The translations under genes and the position numbers were made by a program. Positions 46,053 to 57,033 of a stretch of 64,000 nt of DNA are shown here, piece by piece. Within the stretch, counting starts at the first letter, position 1; each line of letters opens with the position of its first letter. The notes beneath the pieces were generated by a model. The model was not told the origin of the DNA, did not search any database, and saw only the letters and a list, made by a program, of their open reading frames with translations. The DNA comes from an uncultured Pelagibacteraceae bacterium. GTDB lineage: Bacteria > Pseudomonadota > Alphaproteobacteria > Pelagibacterales > Pelagibacteraceae. The stretch covers positions 11,657 to 75,656 of the forward strand of contig CACJMB010000005.1 of the NCBI GenBank assembly GCA_902594405.1, in the 5' to 3' direction.

Positions 46053-46826
46053 ATGGAAATTAATATAAATTGCGATTTAGGTGAAAAATCAAAACATCAT
46101 TCAAATAAGTATGATCCAGATTTGCTAGAAATAGTTAATTCTGCAAATGTCGCATGTGGTTATCATGCAGGTGATAATGAGTCGATGAATCAAGTAGTTC
46201 AAATTTCAAAAAAAAATGGTGTTAGTATTGGAGCGCATCCGTCATTTAATGACCCTGAAAATTTTGGAAGGCAAAGAATGAATCTTCCACCTAATGAGGT
46301 AAGGCAATTAATTATTGATCAATATGAAATTCTTCAAAAAATTGCTCAAGATCATGGAGAGAATGTTACTCACATAAAACCACACGGTGCTTTAAATAAT
46401 ATGGCTTGTGAAGATATAGATTTAGCTACTACTTTAGCAAAAGCTATAAACGAGATAAGTAAAGATATAATTTATTTGGTTCCTACTGGATCTAAAATGG
46501 AAGAAGCAGCCAAAAAACTAAATATGCGAATAGCTTGTGAAATATTTGCTGATAGAAATTATGAAGATAATGGCAATTTAGTTTCTAGAAAAAAACCACA
46601 TGCTCTTATTACTGATCCAGAAGAAGCTAAAAAACACGTATTAAATATGGTAAAAAATCAGTCACTTAATTGTCACAGTGGAAAGCAGATACCTTGTGAA
46701 ATAGACTCTGTGTGCATACATGGGGATAATGAAAGTTCATTGTCTACTGCAAAATCAATTAGAGAAAATTTAATAGAAAATGGGCTGCAACTAAAACCAC
46801 TTAACCAAATGAAAAAATTTATATGA
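46053..46826 (+). CDS. pxpA: 5-oxoprolinase subunit A (LamB/YcsF)
   Basis: NCDLGE, ANVACGYHAGD, GAHPS, IKPHGALNN, FADRNY and CIHGD. The ATG at 46053 was preferred over 46029. Confidence 0.92.
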   Translation: MEININCDLGEKSKHHSNKYDPDLLEIVNSANVACGYHAGDNESMNQVVQISKKNGVSIGAHPSFNDPENFGRQRMNLPPNEVRQLIIDQYEILQKIAQDHGENVTHIKPHGALNNMACEDIDLATTLAKAINEISKDIIYLVPTGSKMEEAAKKLNMRIACEIFADRNYEDNGNLVSRKKPHALITDPEEAKKHVLNMVKNQSLNCHSGKQIPCEIDSVCIHGDNESSLSTAKSIRENLIENGLQLKPLNQMKKFI

Positions 46827-47308
46827 TCAAAAAAACTTTTTATTCACTTTTGTTTTTAGTTTTACTATCAACAAATTCATATTCTGCAGGGACTGACAGT
46901 ACTAGTAAAGTTAAATCAGATTATACTCAGGCAGTTACTTTAATTAAAGCGGCTAAAAAATATGAAAAAAAAGGGAAAATAGAAAAAGCCAACAAAAGAT
47001 ATGAAAAAGCTCAGGCCTTATTAATCAAATCAAACAAAAAAAAACCACTCCAAGCAGATACTTTAAACTATCTTGGCTTTACAACTAGGAAACTTGGAGA
47101 TTTTGAAAATGGAGAAAAGTATTATCTTTTAGGTTTAGAAATTGATCCAAATCACGTTGGTATAAATGAATATTTGGGTGAATTATACGTTGTTACTAAT
47201 AGAATAGATTTAGCGAAAGAAAGATTAAAAGTATTAGAAAGTTGTAATTGTGAAGAGTATAATGAATTAAAAGAAATTATAGAAGGCACAAAGAAATCTA
47301 AATATTAA
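46823..47308 (+). CDS. Exported TPR protein
   Basis: Signal-peptide-like N-terminus, then TLNYLGFTTRKLG and NEYLGELY TPR helices. Confidence 0.8.
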   Translation: MIKKTFYSLLFLVLLSTNSYSAGTDSTSKVKSDYTQAVTLIKAAKKYEKKGKIEKANKRYEKAQALLIKSNKKKPLQADTLNYLGFTTRKLGDFENGEKYYLLGLEIDPNHVGINEYLGELYVVTNRIDLAKERLKVLESCNCEEYNELKEIIEGTKKSKY

Positions 47309-47313
47309 AAATC

Positions 47314-47925
47314 TTGATTGAAGAACTCATAATTTTAACAAATATAATTTTTATCACGATTATATTAACAGCAGACAATGCTGTAATTGTTGGATCAATT
47401 GCTTCAAATTTTGTTCCAAAAAATAGAAAACAAATAATTCTTTGGGGCGTAATTGGAGCCTTTGTTTTTAAAATATTTTTTGCAATTTTTGCGACTTTTT
47501 TATTTGAATTTTATTTCATAAAGATTTTAGGTGGTTTGTTATTAATTTGGATTGTTAATGATTTAAGGAAAGATTTATTAGACATTAAAAAAGTAAAACC
47601 CACTACAAAAAAAAGTAAAGAACCTTCTTACATAAGTAGTATTGGAAAAGTTTTGTTTGCAGATATCATGATTAGTTTCGATAACGTTATTGGTGTTGTA
47701 GCTGCAGCCAAAGGTTATTTTGGATTTATGATTTTTGGACTTGTTTTGTCAGTAGTTCTTACTGGTGCATTAGCAACATATATGGCTAATTATATCCAAA
47801 GACATATCTGGATAGCTTATGTTGGTTTAATATTTATCTTAATCGTAGGTCTACAATTAGTAATTGGTGGGTTAGTTGATCTTGAAATACTAAAAATTAA
47901 TGATGAATTTAAAAAATACTTTTAA
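47314..47925 (+). CDS. TerC/YjbE-family membrane protein
   Basis: LTADNAVIV and ADIMISFDNVIGV motifs; TTG start. Confidence 0.88.
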   Translation: MIEELIILTNIIFITIILTADNAVIVGSIASNFVPKNRKQIILWGVIGAFVFKIFFAIFATFLFEFYFIKILGGLLLIWIVNDLRKDLLDIKKVKPTTKKSKEPSYISSIGKVLFADIMISFDNVIGVVAAAKGYFGFMIFGLVLSVVLTGALATYMANYIQRHIWIAYVGLIFILIVGLQLVIGGLVDLEILKINDEFKKYF

Positions 47926-48696
47926 CTAAAAAGAATTTTTTTTATTAGGAAATTTAATTTTTCTAACTTCTTTTGAATAATTTAAAACAGCTTTAGAAAT
48001 ATCTTTTCTAATATTTGCATATTTTTTTACAAACTTATAATTCATTGGATTTAGGCCAATTAAATCATCAAAAACTAATATTTGTCCATCGCAATATTTA
48101 GAAGCTCCAATCCCTATTGTTGGCACTTTAATATTTTGAGTAACAAGTTTTGCTAAAGAAGTTTCGACACATTCTAAAACAATAGAAAATACTCCAGCTT
48201 TTTCTAATAATTGCGAGTCTCTTATAATGTTGTTTCTCTCTAACTTTTTTTTTCCCTTAAACTTGAAAGTTTTATCAGACTGGGGGAGCAAACCTAAATG
48301 GCCCATAACTGGAATTTTGTTTTTAACTAAAGTTTTAATTGTCTCATAAATTTTTTTTCCACCTTCCAATTTTACTCCATCACATTTAGTTTTTTTCATT
48401 ATTTGTTTTGCATTTTTTACTGCTTCTTTAGGAGTTCGATAGGTGTTATGTGGCATATCAACAATCATTAAACTTTTTTTTATACCCATTCTGACACTTT
48501 TAGAATGTTCAATCATAGTGCTCAAATTTACTTCTCTTGTAGATTTATAATTGTATAAAACCGAACCAAGTGAGTCTCCTACTAAAATTAAATCACAATA
48601 ATTATCCAATATAGAAGCAATATTTTTTGAATAGGCAGTTAGACTAACTATTTTTGACTTATTTTTTTTTGCAATAAATTTTTTAATTTTACTCAT
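47926..48696 (-). CDS. panB: 3-methyl-2-oxobutanoate hydroxymethyltransferase
   Basis: LVGDSLG, VDMP, VKLEGG, MGHLGL and IGIGA..CDGQILV motifs. Confidence 0.95.
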   Translation of the reverse strand: MSKIKKFIAKKNKSKIVSLTAYSKNIASILDNYCDLILVGDSLGSVLYNYKSTREVNLSTMIEHSKSVRMGIKKSLMIVDMPHNTYRTPKEAVKNAKQIMKKTKCDGVKLEGGKKIYETIKTLVKNKIPVMGHLGLLPQSDKTFKFKGKKKLERNNIIRDSQLLEKAGVFSIVLECVETSLAKLVTQNIKVPTIGIGASKYCDGQILVFDDLIGLNPMNYKFVKKYANIRKDISKAVLNYSKEVRKIKFPNKKNSF

Positions 48697-49090
48697 TTAT
48701 TAATTCTTGGTTCTTATAAGCTTTCAAAAGCTTTTTAGATATAGATAGTTTCTTTGCAATAGGAGATTTTTCGTCAATAATTCTCCAAAAAGGAAGTTTT
48801 GGTTTTTTAGTTTTTTTTTTAATTTGTTCCTCTAATGATGCCTCTATAGCAATTCTTAAAAAAATCCCTGTAGATACTGGGCACGTTTTGTTAGCTTTGG
48901 CTTTTTTAGCTAAAGCTGCTCTCATTTCAATAACTGTCTTTTTTTTACCTTTAGGAATTTTATGAATATATTTTGCTATTGAACTTGGAGATGAAACTAG
49001 CATCGTTTCACCTTTTTTTATATCTGCAAAATTAAAAGTTAATTTTTTAATTTTTTCCTTGTATGGTTTGTTAAACTTAGCAATCCACAT
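48689..49090 (-). CDS. Hypothetical protein with MGMT/ATL-like C-terminal DNA-binding fold
   Basis: IPKGK..T..E and PFWRII resemble the PC/WHRV region of alkyltransferase folds. Confidence 0.5.
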   Translation of the reverse strand: MWIAKFNKPYKEKIKKLTFNFADIKKGETMLVSSPSSIAKYIHKIPKGKKKTVIEMRAALAKKAKANKTCPVSTGIFLRIAIEASLEEQIKKKTKKPKLPFWRIIDEKSPIAKKLSISKKLLKAYKNQELINE

Positions 49091-49100
49091 TAGAAAAATA

Positions 49101-49520
49101 TTACCAGGTACCAGTATTCTCCATTGAGGCCCAAGGTTCTTTAGGTTCTAGATTTCCCTCTTGAAGTATTTCAATTGAAATTTTGTCTGGTGATCTAACA
49201 AAAGCCATATGACCATCTCTTGGAGGTCTATTAATCGTGTAGCCCATGTCCATTAATCTTTGGCATGTTTCATAAATATTATCTACTCTATAGGCAAGAT
49301 GACCAAAATTTCTTGAACCTTCTCCTAGCTCATCACCATCCCAATTATAAGTTAATTCTATTTCTGCTTTTTCATCATGAGGAGCTGCAAGAAAAATTAG
49401 AGTATATCTTCCTTTTTCATTTTCCATTCTTCTTGTTTCTTTTAAACCAAGCCCTTCGCAGAAAAATCTTAGAGACTCCTCCACGTCTTTAATTCTAATC
49501 ATTGTATGTAAATATTTCAT
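49101..49520 (-). CDS. gloA: Lactoylglutathione lyase (glyoxalase I)
   Basis: [21 protein letters not shown] and FVRSPD..SIE motifs. Confidence 0.9.
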   Translation of the reverse strand: MKYLHTMIRIKDVEESLRFFCEGLGLKETRRMENEKGRYTLIFLAAPHDEKAEIELTYNWDGDELGEGSRNFGHLAYRVDNIYETCQRLMDMGYTINRPPRDGHMAFVRSPDKISIEILQEGNLEPKEPWASMENTGTW

Positions 49521-49542
49521 AATCTTAATTTATATTTAAAAA

Positions 49543-51105
49543 CTACTCTAATTCAATAGTGCTTGGTGGTTTTGAAGTAACATCATACACTACCCTATTT
49601 ATACCTCTTATACTGTTAACTATTTTATTTGAAATAGTTTGCATAAAAGATTTTTTAAATTCATAATAATCAGCTGTCATTCCATCTTCAGATGTAATTG
49701 CTCTTAATAAACATAAATATTCATAAGTTCGATTGTCTCCCATAACACCTACAGTTTTAACTGGCAGCAATGCTGCATATGCTTGCCAAATCTTATGATA
49801 AAGACCGTGATCTTTTAAAGCTTGAATAAAATAATAATCAGCTTCTTTTAAAATTTTAATTTTTTCATTAGTAATAATACCTGGCATTCGAATTGCTAAG
49901 CCTGGTCCAGGAAAAGGATGTCTTGAAATAATTTCTTTACTTAAATTTAACTCTAAACCTAATTTTCTTACCTCATCCTTAAATAAGAATTTTAGTGGTT
50001 CTACTAATTTTAAATTCATTTTTTTTGGTAAGCCACCAACATTATGATGTGATTTAATTTTAGAAGTTTGACTACCAGTAACTGATTTACTTTCAATCAA
50101 GTCTGGATAAAGAGTGCCCTGGGCTAAAAATTTAACATTTTTAATTTTCTTAGCGTATCGTTCAAATATTTTGATAAATAAATTACCAATTATTTTTCTT
50201 TTTTTTTCTGGATCAGAAACATTATTTAATTTTTTTAAGAATTCCTTTTCAGCATTTACATAAATTAAATTCATTTTTAAACGCTTCTTAAAAGTTTGAA
50301 CTACCTGTACTTCTTCATTTTTTCTTAAAAGGCCTGTGTTTACAAAAATACAATAAAGTTTTTTACCAATAGCTTTATTCAGTAATTGAGCAACTACACT
50401 ACTATCCACACCTCCTGATAAAGCACAAATAACTTTATTATTTCCAACTTGTTTTCTAACATCTTTAATAAGCTGATTTTTTTGATCCCTAGAAGACCAA
50501 TTTCTTTTAATTTTACAAATTAAAAAAATGAAATTACTTATTAATTTTTTTCCATTCTCTGTATGAGTTACCTCTGGGTGGAATTGTACCCCATAATATT
50601 TTTTTATTTTATTTTCAACAATTGCAAATTTTGAATTAGTGCTTGATGCTACAACTTTAAAACTCTTAGGAAGTTTTGAAACTTGATCGGAATGACTCAT
50701 CCAAACTTGTTTGGATTTTTTGTTTCCAAAAAAATTAGTTGTTAAAAGACTGGTATTTTTTTTGTAAACATTAGCTAGACCAAATTCTCTATGTTTTGAT
50801 TGTTTAACCCTTCCACCGTTGAGTTTTGATAAAATTTGATGCCCAAAACATATTCCAAGAACTGGTACATCAAGTTGTAAAATTTTTTTATCAAATGAAT
50901 ATTTATTTATTTGATAAACATTTAATGGACCGCCAGATAATACTATACCTTTAATACTGTGATTTATGTCTTTTAGTTTTATTTTTTTGTGACTAACTAT
51001 TTCAGAAAAAACACCTAATTCTCTTACTCTTCTTGCAATTAATTGAGTAAATTGAGAACCAAAATCTATTATTAAGATTTTGTTAAGATTTTGATCAAGA
51101 CTCAT
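49543..51105 (-). CDS. guaA: GMP synthase (glutamine-hydrolysing)
   Basis: [35 protein letters not shown] and KPPSTIE motifs. Confidence 0.98.
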   Translation of the reverse strand: MSLDQNLNKILIIDFGSQFTQLIARRVRELGVFSEIVSHKKIKLKDINHSIKGIVLSGGPLNVYQINKYSFDKKILQLDVPVLGICFGHQILSKLNGGRVKQSKHREFGLANVYKKNTSLLTTNFFGNKKSKQVWMSHSDQVSKLPKSFKVVASSTNSKFAIVENKIKKYYGVQFHPEVTHTENGKKLISNFIFLICKIKRNWSSRDQKNQLIKDVRKQVGNNKVICALSGGVDSSVVAQLLNKAIGKKLYCIFVNTGLLRKNEEVQVVQTFKKRLKMNLIYVNAEKEFLKKLNNVSDPEKKRKIIGNLFIKIFERYAKKIKNVKFLAQGTLYPDLIESKSVTGSQTSKIKSHHNVGGLPKKMNLKLVEPLKFLFKDEVRKLGLELNLSKEIISRHPFPGPGLAIRMPGIITNEKIKILKEADYYFIQALKDHGLYHKIWQAYAALLPVKTVGVMGDNRTYEYLCLLRAITSEDGMTADYYEFKKSFMQTISNKIVNSIRGINRVVYDVTSKPPSTIELE

Positions 51106-51535
51106 TATTTTCAGGTTCTATATTTTTTAATGACTCTTGAATATCCTTGTTTTCATCACATAAATTTTTACAAACTTTTACAAACTTATCTGAAAGATCT
51201 TTAACTTTTTCATAATTAGATTTTTCTAAAGCAATTTTCATTAACATTAATAAAGCTTCTTCGTTATCAGGCTCAATTAAAAGTGTCGTTTCTAAATTGT
51301 ATTCTTCTTTTCTTTGATTTTCTTCTTGGTTATAAATTTTTGCTAAATATAAATATGAGTTTGCATCTTTTGGATTAAAAACAATATTTCTCTCAAATAA
51401 AAAACGTGCATCTTCATATTTTTCTTTTTTAAATAATTCTAAAGCTTCATTAAAAAAATTTTCTTTACTAAAAGACGTGCTGTTAAAAGAAGCTGTTAAA
51501 AGTATTAATCCTATAAATTTGAAAAATCTGCTCAT
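51095..51535 (-). CDS. Exported TPR protein
   Basis: Signal-peptide-like N-terminus and TPR-like helices (SYLYLAKIY). Confidence 0.75.
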   Translation of the reverse strand: MSRFFKFIGLILLTASFNSTSFSKENFFNEALELFKKEKYEDARFLFERNIVFNPKDANSYLYLAKIYNQEENQRKEEYNLETTLLIEPDNEEALLMLMKIALEKSNYEKVKDLSDKFVKVCKNLCDENKDIQESLKNIEPENNES

Positions 51536-52611
51536 TAATATTTACTATCGTTTTTTACCACATCTACATTATGAACCATACTTTCATAAAATCCAGCTTT
51601 TGTAATTTTCACAAATTGTGGTTTATTTCTTAATTTAATAATTGTTTTTGATCCAAGATAACCCATGGAAGATTTCAATCCACCAATCAATTTATAAATA
51701 ATATTCCCAACATCCCCTTTATATTTAACAAAACCTTCAACACCCTCAGGCACATATTTTGAGGTGTCTTTTTGTTTTTTTTGAAAGTATCTATCAGCTG
51801 ACCCTTTGTTCATAGCTCCAACAGACCCCATGCCTCTAAAGCTTTTGAAAAGCTGTCCATTTTTTTTTATTAATTTTCCTGGGGTTTCGTTTGTACCTGC
51901 AAATAACGAACCAATCATTACAGCATCAGCTCCTGCAGCAAAAGCTTTTGCTAAATCACCTGAATATTTTATTCCACCATCTGAAATTATTTTAACATTT
52001 TTATTTTTTAAACCGCTTCTTACAGCTAAAATTGCGCTTAATTGAGGAACTCCTATTCCAGCAACCAGTCTTGTTGTACAAATAGAACCTGGCCCTATAC
52101 CAATTTTAATTATATCTACTCCTAACTTTATTAAGAATTTTGCAGCTTCTAGTGTTGCAATATTTCCTGCACACAAAGCAGTTTTGTTAGTTTTTATTTT
52201 CTTTATATATCTAATTATTTCAGCAACTTTCTTTGTATGGCCATGTGCTGTGTCTACTACAATAAGATCTACACCTTCTTTAATTATTTCTTTAGCTCTG
52301 ATAAATTCATTTGGTGCTGCACCTACTGCTGCTCCAACAATTAATTTTTGTTTTTTTACTGTTTTTATCTCTGATAATTGTGTTTTAATATCAAGATTTC
52401 TGTGAATTACTCCAATACCACCAGCTTTAGCTATAGCTATTGCCATTCTGCTCTCTGTGACAGTATCCATTGCAGATGATAAAAGTGGAATTTTAAGCTT
52501 CAAATGCTTTGTTAGATATACGCTGGTGTCTGCATCAGAAGGTAATATTTCTGAATACTTTGGAGCTAATGTAACATCATCAAAGGTGAGTGCTTCTTTT
52601 ATAGGAACCAT
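51535..52611 (-). CDS. guaB: IMP dehydrogenase lacking the CBS subdomain
   Basis: [25 protein letters not shown] and FRGMGS motifs; only 358 aa. Confidence 0.96.
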   Translation of the reverse strand: MVPIKEALTFDDVTLAPKYSEILPSDADTSVYLTKHLKLKIPLLSSAMDTVTESRMAIAIAKAGGIGVIHRNLDIKTQLSEIKTVKKQKLIVGAAVGAAPNEFIRAKEIIKEGVDLIVVDTAHGHTKKVAEIIRYIKKIKTNKTALCAGNIATLEAAKFLIKLGVDIIKIGIGPGSICTTRLVAGIGVPQLSAILAVRSGLKNKNVKIISDGGIKYSGDLAKAFAAGADAVMIGSLFAGTNETPGKLIKKNGQLFKSFRGMGSVGAMNKGSADRYFQKKQKDTSKYVPEGVEGFVKYKGDVGNIIYKLIGGLKSSMGYLGSKTIIKLRNKPQFVKITKAGFYESMVHNVDVVKNDSKY

Positions 52612-52648
52612 AATCTTTTATATACGATTCCTTTTAAATTAAAAGTCT

Positions 52649-53260
52649 CTATCGAACTTTTCTACAAATTATAAAACTTTCTTTTGAATCTTTTCTGCTA
52701 GATTTTGGTTTAAAAACCTTAACTTCTTTAAAATATTTTTTTCCCTCTGCGACGATTTCGTTAAATGTTCCTCCCATGAAAATTTTTGAAATAAAATATC
52801 CATTTTCTTTCATTAAATCTTTTGCAAAAAACATTGCCTCTTTGCATAGTTCTCCAGTTTGAATTGAGTCAATATTTTTTATACCTGTTGTATCTACGGC
52901 CATATCCGACATTACGACCTCAACTTTGCCGTTTATATGTTTTTTGATTTCTTCTTGAGTTTTTTCTTCAGTAAAATCTCCTTGGATTTGAACACTATTA
53001 CCTATGGGTTCCATTTTTTTTAAATCTATAGATATCAATTTTCCACTTTTAGCTGCTTTGAGAGCATATTGTGACCAACTTCCTGGAGCTGCACCAATAT
53101 CAATTACTGATAATCCACCTTTAAAAATTTTAAATTTTTCATCAATTTCAATTAATTTATAAGCTGATCTAGCGCGATACCCATCTACTTTAGATTGTCT
53201 TACATAGATATCTCTGCGCTGCTTATTAACCCAATTCTTTGAGATTTTATTTTTTTTCAC
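52649..53260 (-). CDS. rlmE: 23S rRNA Um2552 methyltransferase
   Basis: YRARSAYKL, DIGAAPGSW, SDMA and SRKDSKE motifs. Confidence 0.95.
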   Translation of the reverse strand: MKKNKISKNWVNKQRRDIYVRQSKVDGYRARSAYKLIEIDEKFKIFKGGLSVIDIGAAPGSWSQYALKAAKSGKLISIDLKKMEPIGNSVQIQGDFTEEKTQEEIKKHINGKVEVVMSDMAVDTTGIKNIDSIQTGELCKEAMFFAKDLMKENGYFISKIFMGGTFNEIVAEGKKYFKEVKVFKPKSSRKDSKESFIICRKVR

Positions 53261-53272
53261 TTTGTTAAAGAT

Positions 53273-54241
53273 TTAAATTAATTTCAAAACATCGTCCTCA
53301 GTAATATTTGAGATGTCTTCTGAATTATAAATTATTTTACTATCTAGGATTTCTATATTTTTTACTTTAGGTGCAAATTTTTTTGAATTAGTTGGACCAA
53401 ATAAAACTATCATTGGAATATCAGCTAAACCTATCATGTGCATAATTCCATTATCAATAGAAATAGCTTTATCAAGTCTTGATGAAAGTGAAGTTACTAG
53501 TGGTGGGCCTGATAGTTGCGAATCTAACTCAGGAAACATTGCATTATTGATTTCTCCCTTTATTCTTTGGATTAATTCTAAATTATTTTTCTCAATAAAA
53601 AAGACTGGTTTTTTATTTAATAATGAAATTTTTTTAGCGACATTAATGAACTTTTCTATTGGCCAGCTTTTTTTTCTGTATTCATTACCCTGAGTGACTG
53701 AAAAACCTACATAATTGTCATCAGGAAGTAATCTTTTTGCTTCATTGAAATATTTCTCATTTATTTCATTAAAGTCATATTTTTTAAATGGAATTTCAGT
53801 ATTAAGTAATTTTTCTATATTTATAAGAATATTTTTTAAGTCAAATTTTGTAGAGATATAATCTTTTGCAACATTGCAAAAATTAAAATTTAAGGTCGAT
53901 GAATAAAAGTTTTTAGAGGGAAATTGTTTAAGTATAATAGTGTTCCTTAATTTAGATTGAAGATCTACAATTAAATCAAATTGCTCAATTGAATTATTTT
54001 TAAGTATATTTTTTTTCGATTTGAATAAATGCCAAAGTCTGAAACCAAAATAAATTATATCAGTTTTTAACTCATTTAATTGAATATTGTAGTCAGAAAG
54101 TGAGTTGTTAAAGTGATTTTTATGAGCTGATAAATAAAAAATATTATTTGATCCAAATTTTTCTCTTAAGCTGTAAATTATGTCAAGTAATTGAATACTA
54201 TCACCTAGACCACCGCCTGAATTATAAATTAATATTTTCAT
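53273..54241 (-). CDS. Glycosyltransferase family 9 (heptosyltransferase-like)
   Basis: GLGDSI, DLQ, SIDNGIMH and LFGPT motifs. Confidence 0.88.
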   Translation of the reverse strand: MKILIYNSGGGLGDSIQLLDIIYSLREKFGSNNIFYLSAHKNHFNNSLSDYNIQLNELKTDIIYFGFRLWHLFKSKKNILKNNSIEQFDLIVDLQSKLRNTIILKQFPSKNFYSSTLNFNFCNVAKDYISTKFDLKNILINIEKLLNTEIPFKKYDFNEINEKYFNEAKRLLPDDNYVGFSVTQGNEYRKKSWPIEKFINVAKKISLLNKKPVFFIEKNNLELIQRIKGEINNAMFPELDSQLSGPPLVTSLSSRLDKAISIDNGIMHMIGLADIPMIVLFGPTNSKKFAPKVKNIEILDSKIIYNSEDISNITEDDVLKLI

Positions 54242-54281
54242 TTACTTAAACAATTTAAAGATATTTATAGAAATTTTAATT

Positions 54282-55091
54282 CTACAAAATATCTTCTAAT
54301 TTATCGTTATCCTCATCTGTATCGCCATTTTCATTTTTATCTTTTTTAATTTTCTGAAAATGGAAGTAGCCAACAGGGATTAATAAAAGATAAATCAAGC
54401 TACTAATTGCTAAGACTTCAAATGTATAAATTAATAACATTCCAAAAAATAAAACTATTCCAAATAATAAAAATATAGTTGTGTTTCTTCGTATCACTAT
54501 TTTTTTAAATGAATAAGTGGGAAATTTACTAATTAAAAGTAATGAAGTTAAAATAAAAAATGTTGGAACTACAATATTATAATTAATATTAAATACATCT
54601 AATCCACTTAAACTAAATATTAAAGGAGTGAGAACCAATATTCCTCCTGCTGGTGATGGTACTCCTTCAAAAAAATTATCTTTCCAAGAAGGTTCCTCTG
54701 AAGAATTAACATTAAATCTTGCCAGTCTTAGTGCTACACAAATTACATAAATTAAGCATACAAGCCATCCAAATCTACCCAAACTATTAAGTTTCCAAAA
54801 GTACATAATAAATGCTGGAGCAACACCAAAACTAATCATGTCTGTTAAAGAATCTAGCTCTTTTCCAACTTTTGATGTACCTTTGATCAATCTAGCAATT
54901 CTACCATCCAATCCATCAATTAATGCTGCAAATATAATTGCAATAATTGCTAATCCAAACTTTTCATCCAATGCAAATCTTATTGAAGTTAATCCAATAC
55001 ATACTCCTATTAAGGTAAGCATGTTTGGCAAAATTACTCTTGCATTTTTTTTATTTGATACAACTTTCAAATTGTTTTTTGGCTGTTCCAT
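54282..55091 (-). CDS. pssA: CDP-diacylglycerol--serine O-phosphatidyltransferase
   Basis: DGLDGRIAR...GKELDSLTDMISFGVAPA and LRLARFN motifs; next to psd. Confidence 0.93.
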   Translation of the reverse strand: MEQPKNNLKVVSNKKNARVILPNMLTLIGVCIGLTSIRFALDEKFGLAIIAIIFAALIDGLDGRIARLIKGTSKVGKELDSLTDMISFGVAPAFIMYFWKLNSLGRFGWLVCLIYVICVALRLARFNVNSSEEPSWKDNFFEGVPSPAGGILVLTPLIFSLSGLDVFNINYNIVVPTFFILTSLLLISKFPTYSFKKIVIRRNTTIFLLFGIVLFFGMLLIYTFEVLAISSLIYLLLIPVGYFHFQKIKKDKNENGDTDEDNDKLEDIL

Positions 55092-55094
55092 AAA

Positions 55095-55742
55095 TTAATT
55101 TTTAGCCAGCAGTGTTTCTCCTGAAATTGCTGTTTGACCTACTTTAACTAGTGGTTCATAATTTTCATAATAAACATCTGCTCTACTACCAAATCTAATC
55201 ATCCCAATTCTATCACCTTGATTCAATTCTTGGTTTTTATTTGTTTCACAAACTATTCTTCTTGCAACTAATCCTGCAATTTGAACGACTACAATATCAT
55301 TTCCATGCTTATCTTTAATTTTATAATAATTTCTCTCATTGTCTTCACTTGCTTTATCTAAAGATGCATTTAAAAATTTACCTGGTTTATATAAAATGTC
55401 TTCAACAATACCTGAGCATGGCGTTCTGTTTACATGACAATCAAAAACGTTCATAAAAATACTTATTTTTTTAAATTTTTTATTTTCTAGTCCGAGTTCT
55501 TTTGGACCGTCCACTTCTTCAACTTTAATTACTTCTCCATCAGCAGGACTTACAAGATAACTATCGTCTCCTATGATTGTTCTTTCTGGATCTCTAAAAA
55601 AATAATAAACCCAGACAGTTAGTAAAATTCCTATTAATCCTAAAAAATTATTAATAATTAAAAAAATGATAGTTATGAATACAGCTATTACTATAAACTT
55701 GTATCCTTCAGTGTGAATCTTTGGAAATATCTTACTAAACAT
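55095..55742 (-). CDS. psd: Phosphatidylserine decarboxylase
   Basis: FFRDP, SPADG, HVNR and the RFGS cleavage motif. Confidence 0.95.
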   Translation of the reverse strand: MFSKIFPKIHTEGYKFIVIAVFITIIFLIINNFLGLIGILLTVWVYYFFRDPERTIIGDDSYLVSPADGEVIKVEEVDGPKELGLENKKFKKISIFMNVFDCHVNRTPCSGIVEDILYKPGKFLNASLDKASEDNERNYYKIKDKHGNDIVVVQIAGLVARRIVCETNKNQELNQGDRIGMIRFGSRADVYYENYEPLVKVGQTAISGETLLAKN

Positions 55743-55818
55743 ATTCTTCTATTTGCTAATTTTCGATTAATATGTATATAAAATGATCAAATTCAATTAA
55801 TAAGATAATTTTTATTTA

Positions 55819-57033
55819 ATGAGCAAAATCAAGGTAAAAAACCCAGTTGTAGAGCTGGATGGCGATGAAATGACTCGTATTATATGGGAGTTCATCAAAA
55901 ATAAATTAATCCTCCCATATTTAGATCTTGGTATCGAATATTACGATTTAGGCATGAAAAGCAGAGATAATACTGATGATCAGATTACCATCGACTCTGC
56001 GAATGCTATCAAAAAAATTGGTGTTGGAATTAAGTGTGCAACAATTACACCTGATGAAGCGAGAGTAGAAGAATTTGATTTAAAAAAAATGTGGAGATCT
56101 CCAAACGGAACCATAAGAAATATAATTGGAGGAACAGTTTTCAGAGAACCAATTATTTGTAAAAATATTCCAAAACTTGTTCCCTCATGGACTGATCCAG
56201 TGATTATTGGAAGGCATGCATTTGGTGATCAATACAGAGCAACAGATTTTAAAGTTCCTGGAAAAGGAAAAATGGAAGTGAAGTGGACATCAGAAGATGG
56301 AAAAGATGAAATTAAATATGAAGTATTTAATTTTACAGGTCCTGGAGTGGCTTTATCAATGTACAATTTAGATAAGTCCATTGAAGACTTTGCAAGATCT
56401 TGTTTCAGTTATGGGTTAATTAAAAAATGGCCTGTTTATATGTCGACAAAAAATACAATTCTAAAACAATATGATGGTAGATTTAAAGATATTTTCCAAG
56501 AAATTTTCGACAAAGAATATAAAAGCGAATTTGAAAAAAATAATTTAACTTACGAACATAGATTAATTGATGACATGGTTGCATGTGCAATGAAATGGAG
56601 TGGAAAATATATTTGGGCTTGCAAAAATTATGATGGAGATGTGCAATCAGATACTATGGCACAAGGTTATGGATCTTTAGGATTAATGACAAGTACATTA
56701 TTAACTCCAGATGGAAAAGTAATGGAAGCAGAAGCTGCACACGGAACAGTAACTAGACACTATAGAATGCATCAACAAGGGAAAGAAACTTCAACCAACC
56801 CAATCGCATCAATTTTTGCTTGGACTAGAGGATTGGCTCACAGAGGTAAATTAGATGGTAATGAAGAACTGATCAAATTTGCACAAACTTTAGAAAAAGT
56901 TTGTATTGAATGTGTGGAAACTGGATCAATGACAAAAGATTTAGCAATTCTTGTAGGTCCAAATAGTAAATTCTTAACTACAAATCAATTTTTAGATGAA
57001 ATTGATGGTAATTTAAAAAAGAGATTAAACTAA
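55819..57033 (+). CDS. icd: NADP-dependent isocitrate dehydrogenase
   Basis: [25 protein letters not shown] and [10 protein letters not shown] motifs. Confidence 0.97.
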   Translation: MSKIKVKNPVVELDGDEMTRIIWEFIKNKLILPYLDLGIEYYDLGMKSRDNTDDQITIDSANAIKKIGVGIKCATITPDEARVEEFDLKKMWRSPNGTIRNIIGGTVFREPIICKNIPKLVPSWTDPVIIGRHAFGDQYRATDFKVPGKGKMEVKWTSEDGKDEIKYEVFNFTGPGVALSMYNLDKSIEDFARSCFSYGLIKKWPVYMSTKNTILKQYDGRFKDIFQEIFDKEYKSEFEKNNLTYEHRLIDDMVACAMKWSGKYIWACKNYDGDVQSDTMAQGYGSLGLMTSTLLTPDGKVMEAEAAHGTVTRHYRMHQQGKETSTNPIASIFAWTRGLAHRGKLDGNEELIKFAQTLEKVCIECVETGSMTKDLAILVGPNSKFLTTNQFLDEIDGNLKKRLN

